From Owenia fusiformis (Eukaryota): a stretch of DNA of 64,000 nt. This document shows positions 52,329 to 64,000 of this stretch, piece after piece. A program made the position numbers and the translations under genes. Numbering within the stretch: position 1 is the stretch's first letter; each line of letters starts with the position of its first letter. The notes under the pieces were generated by a model. It was given only the letters and a program-made list of their open reading frames with translations, was not told the origin of the DNA and made no database searches. Location: the NCBI GenBank assembly GCA_903813345.2, contig CAIIXF020000001.1:15810001-15874000 (forward strand). Reading direction: 5' to 3'.

Positions 52329-54860
52329 AATATAAATTATATTGTTTCCGAGAGCTATGGTGAATTGTAAAATTAATCAATTCATACCTCTCTTATACAC
52401 TATTTATCTTTCACTTAAGCATGGGCCATTTTTCATGATTCGCGCATCGTTCTAGCGTATGGGGCAGTCTTATGACTGGCTATATAAACTGGAAAATAAA
52501 TAAATTTAAATTAATCAACTCCTCCAGTAGAGAAAATGAAAAGAACATCGTTGCAACTTACAGTGTTAAATAAGTTGTATTATGAATAAAGTACGTTATA
52601 ATTAAACATGTTAAATGTGTGACGTTTTAGCTATTTATTGTTGGAAAACGGCGTCGTATTTCAAAAACGACCTTACTTGTAACTTGTCAGGAAGAAAAGT
52701 TATTAAATGTGGTGTAAATAAAATATGTTAATATAAACGTATTAGTCGTGTTCTTTCATTTCCAACCCTGAGCTAACGATTTAAAAGAATATTAAAGGCA
52801 AAAATTACATTTGTATAACGCCAATTTCGCCATTTTTGCACTTTTTTCAGATCGGTTACATGTAAAGTATAGGAATTTTTGCCAAAAAACTGTTTTTTCT
52901 GGGGGAAGAAAATATTTTCATAGTTGATCGTCAATTTTTTGCACAGTTGACCTTTGTTAATATCTTCACCATTTCTAACCCTGAGCTAATGGATCAATTT
53001 AACATTTATTTAATTATTTGATATTCAATTTTGTCCTATATGGACATCCCATTAGAATTCTGCAATGATGCATGCGTGACATCACATTATGTTAATTAGC
53101 AAATGACGTCAAAATCTCGATATGTGAATCTTTGCACACAGATAGATATTAGTATTCTATTAGTCTTAGCCTTTTGCCGTCTAGAGAAATTTTGCCTAGA
53201 TTTTGAGATATTGAAGGTCAAAAAAAGGTCAAAAAAGGTCTTTTTTCAACTTGCTTCAAATTGACCAAATTTTTTTTAAAACTCATCTACAAGTTCTCAG
53301 GATTCCAAATCTAACCTTACTTTTGACCTTTGACCTTTGGTTGACCTTCAGTTACCTCCGAAAGGTCAAAAAAGTTGATTTTTCAAATCGATTTTCTGGA
53401 TTCAAATTTAGGTATATTTATTCACAAAAGATCTTCTGAGGTCTAAAAAAGTAAAATTTGCAAGGTCAAAGGTCAAGGTCATCAAACGAAATCACAAACT
53501 GTGTTTTCTAAGTTTCTCAAAATTGGAGACTACAAATCAATTTTTTTTACTGAAAGTCAGAATATATATTTCTCTAAAGGTTCTACACATATTAGCAATT
53601 GACTATTTATTAAAATTTTGCTCCAGTTTTGAGATATTAGAACTCAAAAACTGAAAAAAGGTCAAATTTCAAAATTTTTCAAGGTCAAATTTCAACTTGC
53701 TCTAAATTGACCAAACTTTTTTTTAAAAAGCATCTACAAGATCTCAGGAACTCAAATATGACCTTAGTTTTGAACTATGACCTTTAGTTGACCTTCAGTG
53801 ACCTTCGAAAGGTCAAAAAAGTTAATTTTTCAAATTGATTTTATGGATTCAAATTTAGGTTTCTTCAATCAGAAAAGATATACTGAGGTCTAAAAAAGTA
53901 AAACCTGTAAGGTCAAAGGTCAAGGTCATCAAACAAGATCACAAACTGTGTTTTCTAAGTTTCTCAAAGTTTGTGACTACAAATCAATATTTTTGAATTA
54001 AAGTCAGGATATATATTCCTCTAAAGGTTTTACACATAATAACAATTGATAATCTATTAAAATTCTGCACCAGTTTTGAGATATTGGACCTCAAAAACTG
54101 AAAAAGGTCTAATGTTGAAATTTTTCAAGGTCAAATTTCACATTGCTTCAAATTGACCAAACTTTTTTTTAAAAATCATCTACAAGATGCCTGGAGTTCA
54201 TATATGTCCTTGTATTTAAGATTTGACCTTTGGCTGACCTTTAAATGTTCAAAAAAGCCTACAGGGCCTCCGTAAGATTGCTTGCAATCTTCTAGTTAAT
54301 GTTAGACTTATGAATGTTTTGACAAATATCCAGAGGAAAGTTCATTTTTGCAACTCCAATTCCTTATCAATATATTTCTTGTAGACGTCTGGTATCTCAA
54401 TTCTAATGAAACAAGTAAACTAACCTACAATATAACATCATTCACTTGATGATTTTGACGTACAAGCTAACACTTAATGTACATGCAAGCACGTAAATGT
54501 TTTTGATGACTTATGTGATAACTTATTTGATAGGTTATTATGTATATAAACCTGGTTAGTTAGGGTCATTCCCATAATTACTTATTTGCCCAGGAGTTCC
54601 TTGATTTTGGTTATTATGGCAATTATTTCCAGTGAAATATTTCTGTTGTAATATATATATGTTTGCTGGATTAATGGGTCATTCTGCATATTATGTGAAG
54701 ATTTTATTAGAATATATTAAAAAATAAAGAAAATAGAGAGATTTATGAGAGCTTTATGATCTACCGTCGTATAAGCATTTTATTAATGATTATGGATCGA
54801 TCATTCATATACACAAAAATATGTTAATTTTTCTTGTATGGTAGAATCATATTTTTCGTT

Positions 54861-57800
54861 TTATTCTGATGTCTCTGTGAATGTCACATCATAATAATGG
54901 TCATCCAGATCCCATTGGTCGTCTTTCTCGTCAATGTCGATGATGAACGTTGTCTCACTGGGATAATGTGTTAGAATATTGTCGTCCATCCTCACCAGTA
55001 TACTGCAACAAAAACCATATCATATGTTACATTTGTTCTCCAGAGATTGTAACAAAACCTATATCACATGTTTATTTCTGATTTATATTTACACGCCTAA
55101 CCATCGCGTAAGCAGGCGTCACCGTACAGCGTCAAAAATACAGTAGTACAGTTTTCTGTACGGTGACGAAAATTACCTGAGTTGAAGCAAAAACTATAAT
55201 GAGGGTTTTAAAAAGATTAATAAGATGAAAATAAATACGATTTCGGGTGTAATAAAAACAGCATTCTGTTAGGAATGGTTTTAACTTTCTAATTATGATA
55301 AAAGTTTTTCGAGCACTGCTCGGATTTTTTCTGACTGGATTGGCCCACATAATCGACTCGAGAGAAAAATGGTGTTTTTTCACTTTTCGTTTGGTTATTA
55401 TTTTCCCTGTCGTCTGAGAGTATGGATTATTTTTATGAGAATATGTATTTGTTATCTACACATTTTAGAACAGATGAATATTCGGCAAATAATCATTCAG
55501 TGTATTTATTTAAAAAAGATCAGAACTGTACGGTGACGCATCAGCTGTACGGTGACGCTTCCTTAGATTTTATGAAGTGCTCTAAGCTTACTGTTCGAAC
55601 AAGAGGTAAAGAAGCGTCAGATCTACATGTACATTATCACTGGTAAGTATCAAGCGAAGGTTACAGCCGTCACCTTCGCATTTAAGATGGTGGACAGGAA
55701 GTATTAATTTCGATATTTTTAGTTTTCATGGAATCAACTATTTGAAAGTTGACGTAATACTTTGGTATCATTTGAACTAAACCAGGCTTTTCTCATATGA
55801 CTAACAAAGATAGCCTACACAGCCATCTTTACCCCATGCGAGATATTGCATCTTTCATCCTAAAAAGTCACACGTGCAAGATGAGATTTACTTGTGACAT
55901 CCTTTGTTTTAAAACATCAATAACATAGCAACAAGAGAGTTTTTGGTTTTATGATCTTTACCGTATCATACATTTCCAGTAACCTTCCATTAAGCTGTGG
56001 AAGATATCGTTGAACTGTAGCGCCCATGTACTATATATGAACAAATGATCATACTCCAGAGTTTCCATTTCATACAATCTTAGTCTCATTTAGTTCATCA
56101 AAGCATAGCGTCACCGTACAGCTGGTGCGTCACCGTACAAATTTGATCTTTTTTAAATATACATAATGAATGGTTGTTTTCTGAATCTTCGCCCGTTCTA
56201 AAATGTGTAAGTAACAAATACATATTCTCATAAAAATAATCCATACTCTCAGACGGTAGGGAAAATAATAACCAAACAAAATGTGAAAAAACAACCTTTT
56301 TTCACTCTGGTCGATTATGTGGGCCGATTCACTCAGAAAAAACCCGAACAGTGCTCGTAAAACGTTTATCATAATCAGAAAGTTAAAACTATTTCTAAGA
56401 GAATGCTGTTTTTATTTCATATGAAATCGTATTAGTTTTCATCAAACTAATTTTTTTAAACCCTTGTCATAGTTTTTGCTTCAAAGCAGCTAATTTGCGT
56501 TACCGTACAGAAAACTGTACTCCGCTATTTTTTGACGCTGTACGGTGACGCCTGCTTACGCGATGGTAAGGCGTGATTTAGCTAGAAATTCAAGAATGAG
56601 ATTAACTGCAGTCAACAGGGAAGATTCTTTGGGGTGTTGCTTAGAAAAAAGAACCACTTACCCTTTTTTACCCTTTTTATATATGTTTCTTAGTTTGTGT
56701 GTAGGAATGTTATACTTTTCTTCTATCTGAAAGTGCACATTAGAATTTTTGTTAGGTTGTGATCAGAATGTTTATCAGGGATTGAAACTCGTAGAGTATT
56801 TTTGTTCAAGGAGCAGGTAGGTGGTTCTATTTGGTAGTCTGTGAACCTTTTGTAACTTGTTTTCTCACCTGTTAATACACTCATGACGTTGGTGGAACAT
56901 TCCATTAATATAAATTGACAGTCACCCATCTAGTCTTTCTAGAATGTGGAGTAATTTAAAGAATATTGTGATTTTGGACCAAATTGTGGCTAACCCACTT
57001 TAAAAAACAGAGTTTTGGTCTCGGTTTGATGTACTTGGAGCGTGATGGGCGTAATAGCCCAAATCTAGAAGCACTCACAAACGTTTCAATAGACAACATA
57101 ATAAAACTACACCTATCTATTTTGTATATTTCCCGTGTACTCCACGAAAATACTCTACACGTGCCCACCCCCGAATATTGGGACCTTGATTTTACACCAT
57201 GTCACGTTATTAAAATAAGTCAATTAGAATGATAATATTATAATTCTAGGCTCTAAAATACGATTAATGAATAGGAATGAAAAAAATAAAAGTGCACCCA
57301 CCGCCTGTGACAGATGCACAACTGTAGGACTGTGCAATAATAGTGCAGTGAAGACTTTCTCATGCTCGTCCCTGACGTACAGCAGTACTGGAACAAGATA
57401 CATAAGAACTCAAGTCATTTAAAGAAACGGCATTGACTCCCCACCAAATTTTATTTTAAGGTGCCATGGAAATTAACAGGAAATGACAAAAATTTTAAAA
57501 AATTGATATCATTCTTAGAAAAAAGAAAAAAAATGAATTGAAAATCGATCTATTTTCTTTTTTACTACAGCCATTATTTTTCCGACAATTTTTTAAAATT
57601 TCAAAGATCGTATCATTTAAAGCAATATATTGGACACATTTTCTGAAAAATTCAAAAGATTCTGTTCATTGACCTTTCCTGAGCACCTACTTTTAACTAT
57701 TTTTCAGTCACATTTTCAGAGGGCTGAAAATGTTATTTCATCATGTTTATGGTCATTTTGACCATTTCCATTGTGTTCCCGGTCATGTAAATGATATGTG

Positions 57801-60800
57801 GAAGTAGTTTAACTGACTGGAGGTCCAAACAGAACTTTGTTATCTTGGTTCAAAAATTTCAAAATTCAGCATGTTTTTGTCACTTTTTGTTTTGTTATTT
57901 CCTGTTAACTTCCATGGCACCTGAGTAGTGAATAGCCGACTGATTCATTACTATTTCAGGGACTGTCTCACTTTAAGAGAAAATAGACTACTATTATTTT
58001 CACCGTTGTTATGTTTTCCTCACCTTTTTGTTGTTCTTCCTTTGGTGTACCTGGGCATGGATGTGCTGGTGTAGTTGATGTTGTACTAGTAGTGGTAGTT
58101 ATGGCAGATTGTGGCTCTTGGGGCTTGGACAACTTCACCCTTTTAATTGCAGGTGTTGTGTCGGTAAACTCAGTACTGGTTGAGTCTGCTTTCTCGCTGT
58201 TTACTACTTGTGAGACGGGGCGCACCGAGCACTAGAATACAACGGACATCAAATGTACAATCACGTAGGCATATGCGTGGATCGAAGAACATTCATTGAC
58301 CTACTTAAATGAATATACGAAGCAAATGAATAATAACCACTTATACCACACGTTCTGATACATTATTTAAATAGATAAATATACATGAATACCCTGCGCG
58401 CGGAGTCTAGTTATAAAAAAACTCTCTTTTTGGAAGCGAAGTCGAACGAATGCAAAGGGTAATACATGAATACATGAGCTAACGAACACGGAACTCGCGA
58501 TGAAAAATGTGAAATGATATAAAGAAACAAAATATCATATATACAAAATATACATTCGTCTATAGCATATATATATATTACCTGGAATGAGAAGCTTTCG
58601 TAGTCTACTATAGGACGGAACAACAGAGGTTTTTTCTCCAGATTCACCATGGAATAAAACTTTGACCTCTCCTCAGATTCGTGATAGACAATATTGTTGT
58701 CGGATTCTTTCTTACGTCCTAAAATAGAAATTAACAGCCTCAACAAATATTGTAACAGCTTATTTTTCTTTTTCACTCTTTAGCTTATTGAAAATTGGTT
58801 ATTTGCTATGAGGTGTTTGGACTTCACAGTAGAATACCAATTTTAAATTGTTTTCTTATTTCGTTTTGATGTACAAAACTATCATTCACATCATTAAATA
58901 TGAACATACCTAATTCCGGCTGGAATTTACTCTTCTCTTTTCTCCTTTCTTCATCTCGAGTTTTTCTCTCGGCACCCTTGTCACAGAATATCTTCACTTG
59001 GCAATATGCTCTGTGAATTGGTGTCTCAGACTTAAGCTCTTCAAACGTATCTACCTGTACGTGAAGTGGTAAGCCTTTCACGCCCTTCTGATTGCTAAAG
59101 TCCGTACTAAGACAATTCACCGTGAAACTTATCTGCAATGAAAAATTAATAAAACTAAAGATAGACGTTTATGAAGTGATGGAAGTTGATGTGTTAAAGC
59201 CGTGCAATCAGGAGAGAAAATGAGAAGTAGTTGAACATCATGATCAAGCGAGTGTTTGGTCTGTATTTCAGTTGCACTGAATATGCATGCGCAAGTTCCA
59301 ATGGGAAAGTACCAAAAATGATTATAGAAAACAGCAAGAAAAAAGAAAACACCTAAGAGTATTCCAGTTATAAGGAAAATAAACCCAAAGTATCCCAAAT
59401 CAGAATTCAACATGGAGTGAAACAGTGTATAATTTTTCCTCCATCGTTCAAGTTCCAATATCTCAATCCGAGACACCAAAGGACATTTCATTCATACTGA
59501 AGTTATTGAATTCGAATAACATTTATTCTTACAAGGGTTTCTCATACCTTGGCTGGTTGCTCCAAAGGGTTCCATCTCACCACGACAGCATTAGAGGCAA
59601 CATCCTCAGCGCAGCTAGATATTATACCCGTACTATTTTTTATATCTAAAACAATGAAAAAAGAAATTTCATTCAATCTGATCGGCCTAATCAACCGAAT
59701 ATCAAAAAAAGAAGTTTCCATGACAAACATTGGTAGTCGAAATCAATCAAAACTTCATATGTTCTAATATGTTCTGAACTAAATGTGACAATGGTGGTAC
59801 TGACCTATATCTATGATTCTTTGTTTATTGCTGTGTTGCCTGCTATGCCAGAAATCCCAAGCTTTCATATCCTGGTTCGGATCCTTGTCTTCTCGGAATA
59901 GGAGCATAATGAGTGACTGCAATGTGTTCAAAAAGAAGGTAATTGATCGAAGTCTTGTGCGATACTATAAGTTATTGAATGATTTGAAGTGCAATGCAGG
60001 ATATATTCTGCACGAGAAAATTCGTATTGGAACGAGACTAAGTCGAGTGCAAAATACTGAATATCGAGAGCAGAATATATCCTGTATTGCACTTCGAATC
60101 ATTCTATACGATTTTATCGTGTGATCCTCTGTATTGCTACTGAGAATGTCCCCTCCGTACCAATATTTTCTGTATTGCGACGGTGATGATCAATGGGGAC
60201 AATCTCAGTAGCAATACAGATTGGTACAGCACAAGAACTGACCAATCAGAAAGCTTCATTTTACAGATCATACGATAAAATAACATGTTGGCTTATGCGA
60301 AGAGCTGTTTGGACAGGAATAAATATTGCATCCTAAGAAATTAAAGGAAACTCGATTCAAAGTTTGACAAAAAAGAACCACACATTTCTTAAAACCAGAA
60401 AAATCGTATATTTAATCCAATTCCAATATAATAACATCTATAGCATGTTACTAAAAATAGCTGCTATGCTAGTCTTTAGAAGTGCTTAAAATCGCATAAA
60501 AATGAATGTCAAATACCTTCACTGTATTGCACTTCAAACTTCTTCCTTTATTTTTGTATTCTAGTGTTAAGCCATAGTACTGCCCTGAATAAAACAAAGA
60601 TAACATTTTTATACATTATAGATTAAACTATCACGTTGACGCTAATAGTTAAAATGAAGTCGCTTCATGCCCATTTTATTTTATGATAAAAGTTTGATAT
60701 TTTCTTGCAATAACATCTCAGATCTAATACTAAATTAACCACTCGGATTAAATACCACTTATACAGTATTATCAAAGGGACATTATGTTAGAACTTGACA

Positions 60801-63800
60801 ATGACCCACCTTTGTTCATATAAGTGATTTTTTCTTCTTCAATGCGTTGCGCCTTTGATATAGGAGATTCTATGTAGCATGTATAGCCGGTGGGATCAGG
60901 GTCTCTGTAAACAACAAGGGAGACATGAACATCATATACATCATACAAATGATCAAGTGATGATGAGTCAATAGATGATGATGAGTCTATTTTAAGAAGT
61001 GAAGTCGAACGAATGCAAATGGTACGCTTGTTATCACAAACCTTTTTGGTATGACGAGTGAGGGAGTATACACTGGCTGCGGATTGGCTGCCTGCTGTAG
61101 TATCACCGCATTCTTTCCAGTTGACTGAGATCTTTTACGTTTGGCTGCTTTTTTAGTTGGTTTCTTTTCATTTGGCTTATCATCTTCAGGAGGTTCCTTT
61201 ACAGCATCAACACCTAGCGTGTTTACATACACCTTATAAATATACGTACATTTATAATTACTATATATGTGAGGTCTAAGAGAATACGCGGCAACATTGG
61301 AAAGATCAGAATGACCCGACATAGCAAAATCCAATGTGAATGTTCAATGCTAATGCCATTCATGAGAATATAAGTGTACTTTTACCGTACGACCTGTAAC
61401 TCCAACAGACAGCATACAGAATGATCTGCTGATAATAGTGTCATTTATAGATTGAAGTGATATCACTAAAAGGCGAACTTACCGACACGCTGTTTGGCAT
61501 ATCATTGCACGCTCCGTTGAGTCCGTTATCGATTAACTTTGGCTGCATATTATCCTGATATTGATTTGGCATCATGTGTTGAACTGGCATTTGTTGAACC
61601 ATATGATTCTGGTTATCATTCATCATTGGCATCATGGGCTGTCTGTGGTCCATTACTCCAACTTGGTACCCACCAGCGTCCATGTAATACCCCTGATGAT
61701 GCCCAACATTAGGGCCAAACATTGGGGACGCTGCCATAGGGAAACGTTGACCTTGCATAGTTTGGCCTGGGTATGGTCCACTCCAGTCATTATAAGGCCC
61801 CATTATTCTAACTGGAACTTGTCCACCTTGTTGAAACCAACGCCCCTGCGCATCTGGCTTTGCGGTTAGTGGCGGTGGATTTTGTAAGGGGACAATGCCT
61901 TGAGGTGGAATGTGGAAGCGTTGGGGCATCTGGGTCTGCTGATTCAACAACTGTGTCATGTTTGGTGCAGACTGGCTCGCACTTGCCTGGGTTTTATCTT
62001 GTGTATCTTGTTGTTTACTCTTTCCGGTCTTCTTTTTCTTTGCTTGAGCTTTGGAGCGACATTTTGCAGCAGATTTGTCCAAAACTTCTTTCATAATTTG
62101 GCTTATTTCATTAATATGAATTTGGTCTTCCGAATTGACGTTTGCATTTGATTGTTTTTTCCTAATTTTTTCATTCAATATTTGAATTATTTTCTTCGTT
62201 GAATCTGAAGGTTTCTTGTCATCGTCGCTCTCTCTGTTGAGCTCATCGGTTACGGAGTTGTTGTTCTCTTCTATAGTGGTATCTACCATATTATCAAGAA
62301 TCGGTGGAATGTCTGAGTCGGAATCATCATTAGTAGAAGAATATGATGGGAGCATTGCGAAATCATCATTTTGGAATTCATCCAAAGTTTCATGTTCCTT
62401 ACTGGGTGTACCGATCGTTGTCCGAGTGAATGTTTCTGATGAAGTTGACTGATCAACGAAATCTAGTTGAGGTGGTTCCTGGCTAAATGATGCAGATGCC
62501 AGCGTCGCAGTCGGTTCTACATTATGTCCTTGTTGAGTTGAAGACACCTGATTGGGTACTACTCCTTCTACTATTTGATTGTCACCGGGATAATAAGTGA
62601 TGTGTTGTGATGGATACACGTCGTTTTTCACTGGCGATTTATAATCTTCATTCTGGTGGGTTGAGGTGTGAGTCAGGTTTTTATTACTTCCCGTTGTCTC
62701 ATGGACGCCGTTGTGTTGAGACGTTGATAAATCTGATAGCTGTTCTTTTGGCTCCGTGCTAGTTGTCGGGCTCTTTTGAGGACTGTCGGCCAGAGAAAAC
62801 TAAAAATATACGAGATCAGTTAATGTCACGACCTTTCGAATCAAGGCCATTGCTGAAAAAAGCATAGCCTGCCAATGATGAATTATACTTCTATTGATCT
62901 ACACGATGTTTTACTTAACAAAACCCTACTTGGCTTGATTTAAAAATGCTACAAAATTAGAGTGACCATACAATTCGGCATACAAGACTTCAAATTTCGT
63001 ATCAATTAAATTTATTATTTCTGCATAGAATGGCCCACCCTCAAAAAGTTTAATTGAAATTCAGAAGTGTCACATGCACGATATCTATAGAAGCAATTGT
63101 AAAACTATAGAGCACAAGTGTCAGTAAATGGTCTGGTGATAACACGCGATTGTTCACAGGGCATAGCTGTTCGAACTCTTTTACTTTCCCCTTCAGTCAT
63201 ATTGCGAAAGTATACAGCCGAGGAAAAACAGGCATTCAAATATACCCATCAGGTATCATCTTTAAAATAATGTTTCTCTTTTTCGTAATGTTCTTGTGAA
63301 TCTAATTTTGACTACCTGTACGTTTGTCGAAGTGGATTTATTAGAATTGCTGCTTTCGCTATTGGTGAAGTATTCTTCAACATTCGGGGCGTCGCCTGTG
63401 TTATAAGCTCCGTCGGCTCTTTCGTCCTTCCGTCTCCCAACATTCCTACAATATAATAAACCATAAAAATAATCATATTTATATTGTCATCTTCATATCT
63501 ATAATGGGCAGAGATAAATATGGCAAACGGAATAATTAATAGTGTTTATAATTCCAACTTATTTTGTAACGTCAATTGATGTCGAATTAACTCGACACAA
63601 AGCGACATCTTCAATCAAATTGTTTTGATATAAATGTCGAGATTTTGTTATAAGTAAAGAAACATGCGTTTGTTTACCCAGGATTATTTGGGAAATCTTG
63701 GTATTTATCCCTGATTTTAATATCACTGCGGTCTATTGCTGGTAAGTTGTGGTACTCATGGAGTAGTGCAAGGGCTGATGCATGCTCGTCCCCGTTGATC

Positions 63801-63911
63801 GCAGTTGTGGCTGCTGTCAGGGGATGTCCAAAGAATGCCTTGAGATCCTGTGGTACCTCCTCTTTTCCACATGGTCGCAGTATTGATTCATGGTCAGATG
63901 TCACTTCATTG
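54861..63911 (-). CDS. GRHL: Grainyhead-like (CP2/GRH family) transcription factor, 5' end outside window
   Basis: Exons 63911-63678, 63445-63316, 62799-61483, 61232-61042, 60904-60810, 60584-60517, 59916-59805, 59645-59548, 59132-58910, 58718-58582, 58231-58024, 57387-57302, 56726-56662, 55002-54861. Motifs [72 protein letters not shown]. Confidence 0.92.
55092..56575. mobile_element. Non-autonomous CAC..GTG transposon with ~470-bp TIRs and 5-bp TSD (Transib-like) in the last GRHL intron
   Basis: ATTTA at 55087-91 and 56576-80; CACGCCTAACCATCGCGTAAGCAGGCGTCACCGTACAGCG mirrored at the right end. Confidence 0.9.
57460..57921. mobile_element. MITE, possibly Kolobok-type (TTAA at left flank)
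   Basis: GGTGCCATGGAAATTAACAGGAAATGACAAAA / TTTTGTTATTTCCTGTTAACTTCCATGGCACC. Confidence 0.7.
58390..58461. mobile_element. 72-bp minimal copy of the TACCCT..AGGGTA family with 9-bp TSD
   Basis: ATACATGAA at 58381-89 and 58462-70. Confidence 0.8.
59998..60278 (-). mobile_element. Small fold-back element of similar design to the Crypton-like element
   Basis: Hairpin GGATATATTCTGCACGA...TCGAGAGCAGAATATATCC, second IR TGTATTGCTACTGAGA/TCTCAGTAGCAATACA, and TGACCAATCA motif near the other end. Confidence 0.5.
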
Positions 63912-64000
63912 CTGAAAAAAGAATTTTCCACAATAGAGATTTGGAAATAAATTCTAAAAAAAAAATTGAGGTATAAATTGGGCATGGCTAATAATATAAC

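Larger units (their letters stand above)
47757..53126 (+). mobile_element. Putative autonomous RAG1/Transib-related transposon (two genes)
   Basis: 26-bp imperfect IR CTCATATCGAGATTTTAGCGTCATTT / AAATGACGTCAAAATCTCGATATGTG (3 mismatches) where similarity to the HINE unit breaks; no TSD seen. Confidence 0.6.
47486..54297 (+). mobile_element. Helentron-type (HINE) element enclosing the chromodomain/transposase cassette
   Basis: 5' palindrome TAGGAGGCCCC..GGGGCCTCCTA (47490-47516) followed by (TTA)n/TTC microsatellite; 3' subTIR GGGCCTCC (54264-71), hairpin AAGATTGC-TT-GCAATCTT (54274-91), CTAGTT; ~450-bp internal tandem units at 53.2-54.2 kb. Confidence 0.8.
47218..54769. mobile_element. Tc1/mariner-type MITE split by a 6.8-kb nested insertion
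   Basis: TA-CGAGGGTTGATCATGAACTTCTCATAATATCTCTCTA ... TAGAGAGATTTATGAGAGCTTTATGATCTACCGTCG-TA. Confidence 0.75.

Noticed and set aside
52328-53126. RAG2-like gene tail-to-tail with the transposase, or canonical RSS heptamer/nonamer ends
   Set aside because: Only ~800 bp with no kelch/PHD-like ORF; I saw no CACAGTG plus nonamer at the element ends.

Overview
AT-rich, intron-containing animal genomic DNA; the repeat landscape suggests a mollusc or other lophotrochozoan (inference). Host genes reconstructed by hand from splice signals: the 3' end of a gene with a Q/P/S/G-rich tail (+, 3.8-7.7 kb), a probable small secreted Cys-rich peptide gene (-, 13.3-17.2 kb), an intronless GT92 glycosyltransferase (+), CIMIP2C/FAM166C (+, 4 exons), an unknown intronless ORF (+), an LRRC74-like LRR/EF-hand gene (-), and most of a Grainyhead-like transcription factor (-, continues past the window end). 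Introns and intergenic DNA are full of MITEs, Helentron-type (HINE) elements and minisatellites. The most notable locus is at 47.2-54.8 kb. An intact RAG1/Transib-like transposase is paired with a spliced chromodomain gene, and an in-frame acceptor could fuse the two. The pair is bounded by 26-bp inverted repeats and nested inside a HINE, itself inside a mariner-type MITE. Two non-autonomous CAC...GTG elements with 5-bp TSDs (the Transib/RAG signature) are also in the window. All family calls rest on motif recognition, not database searches.
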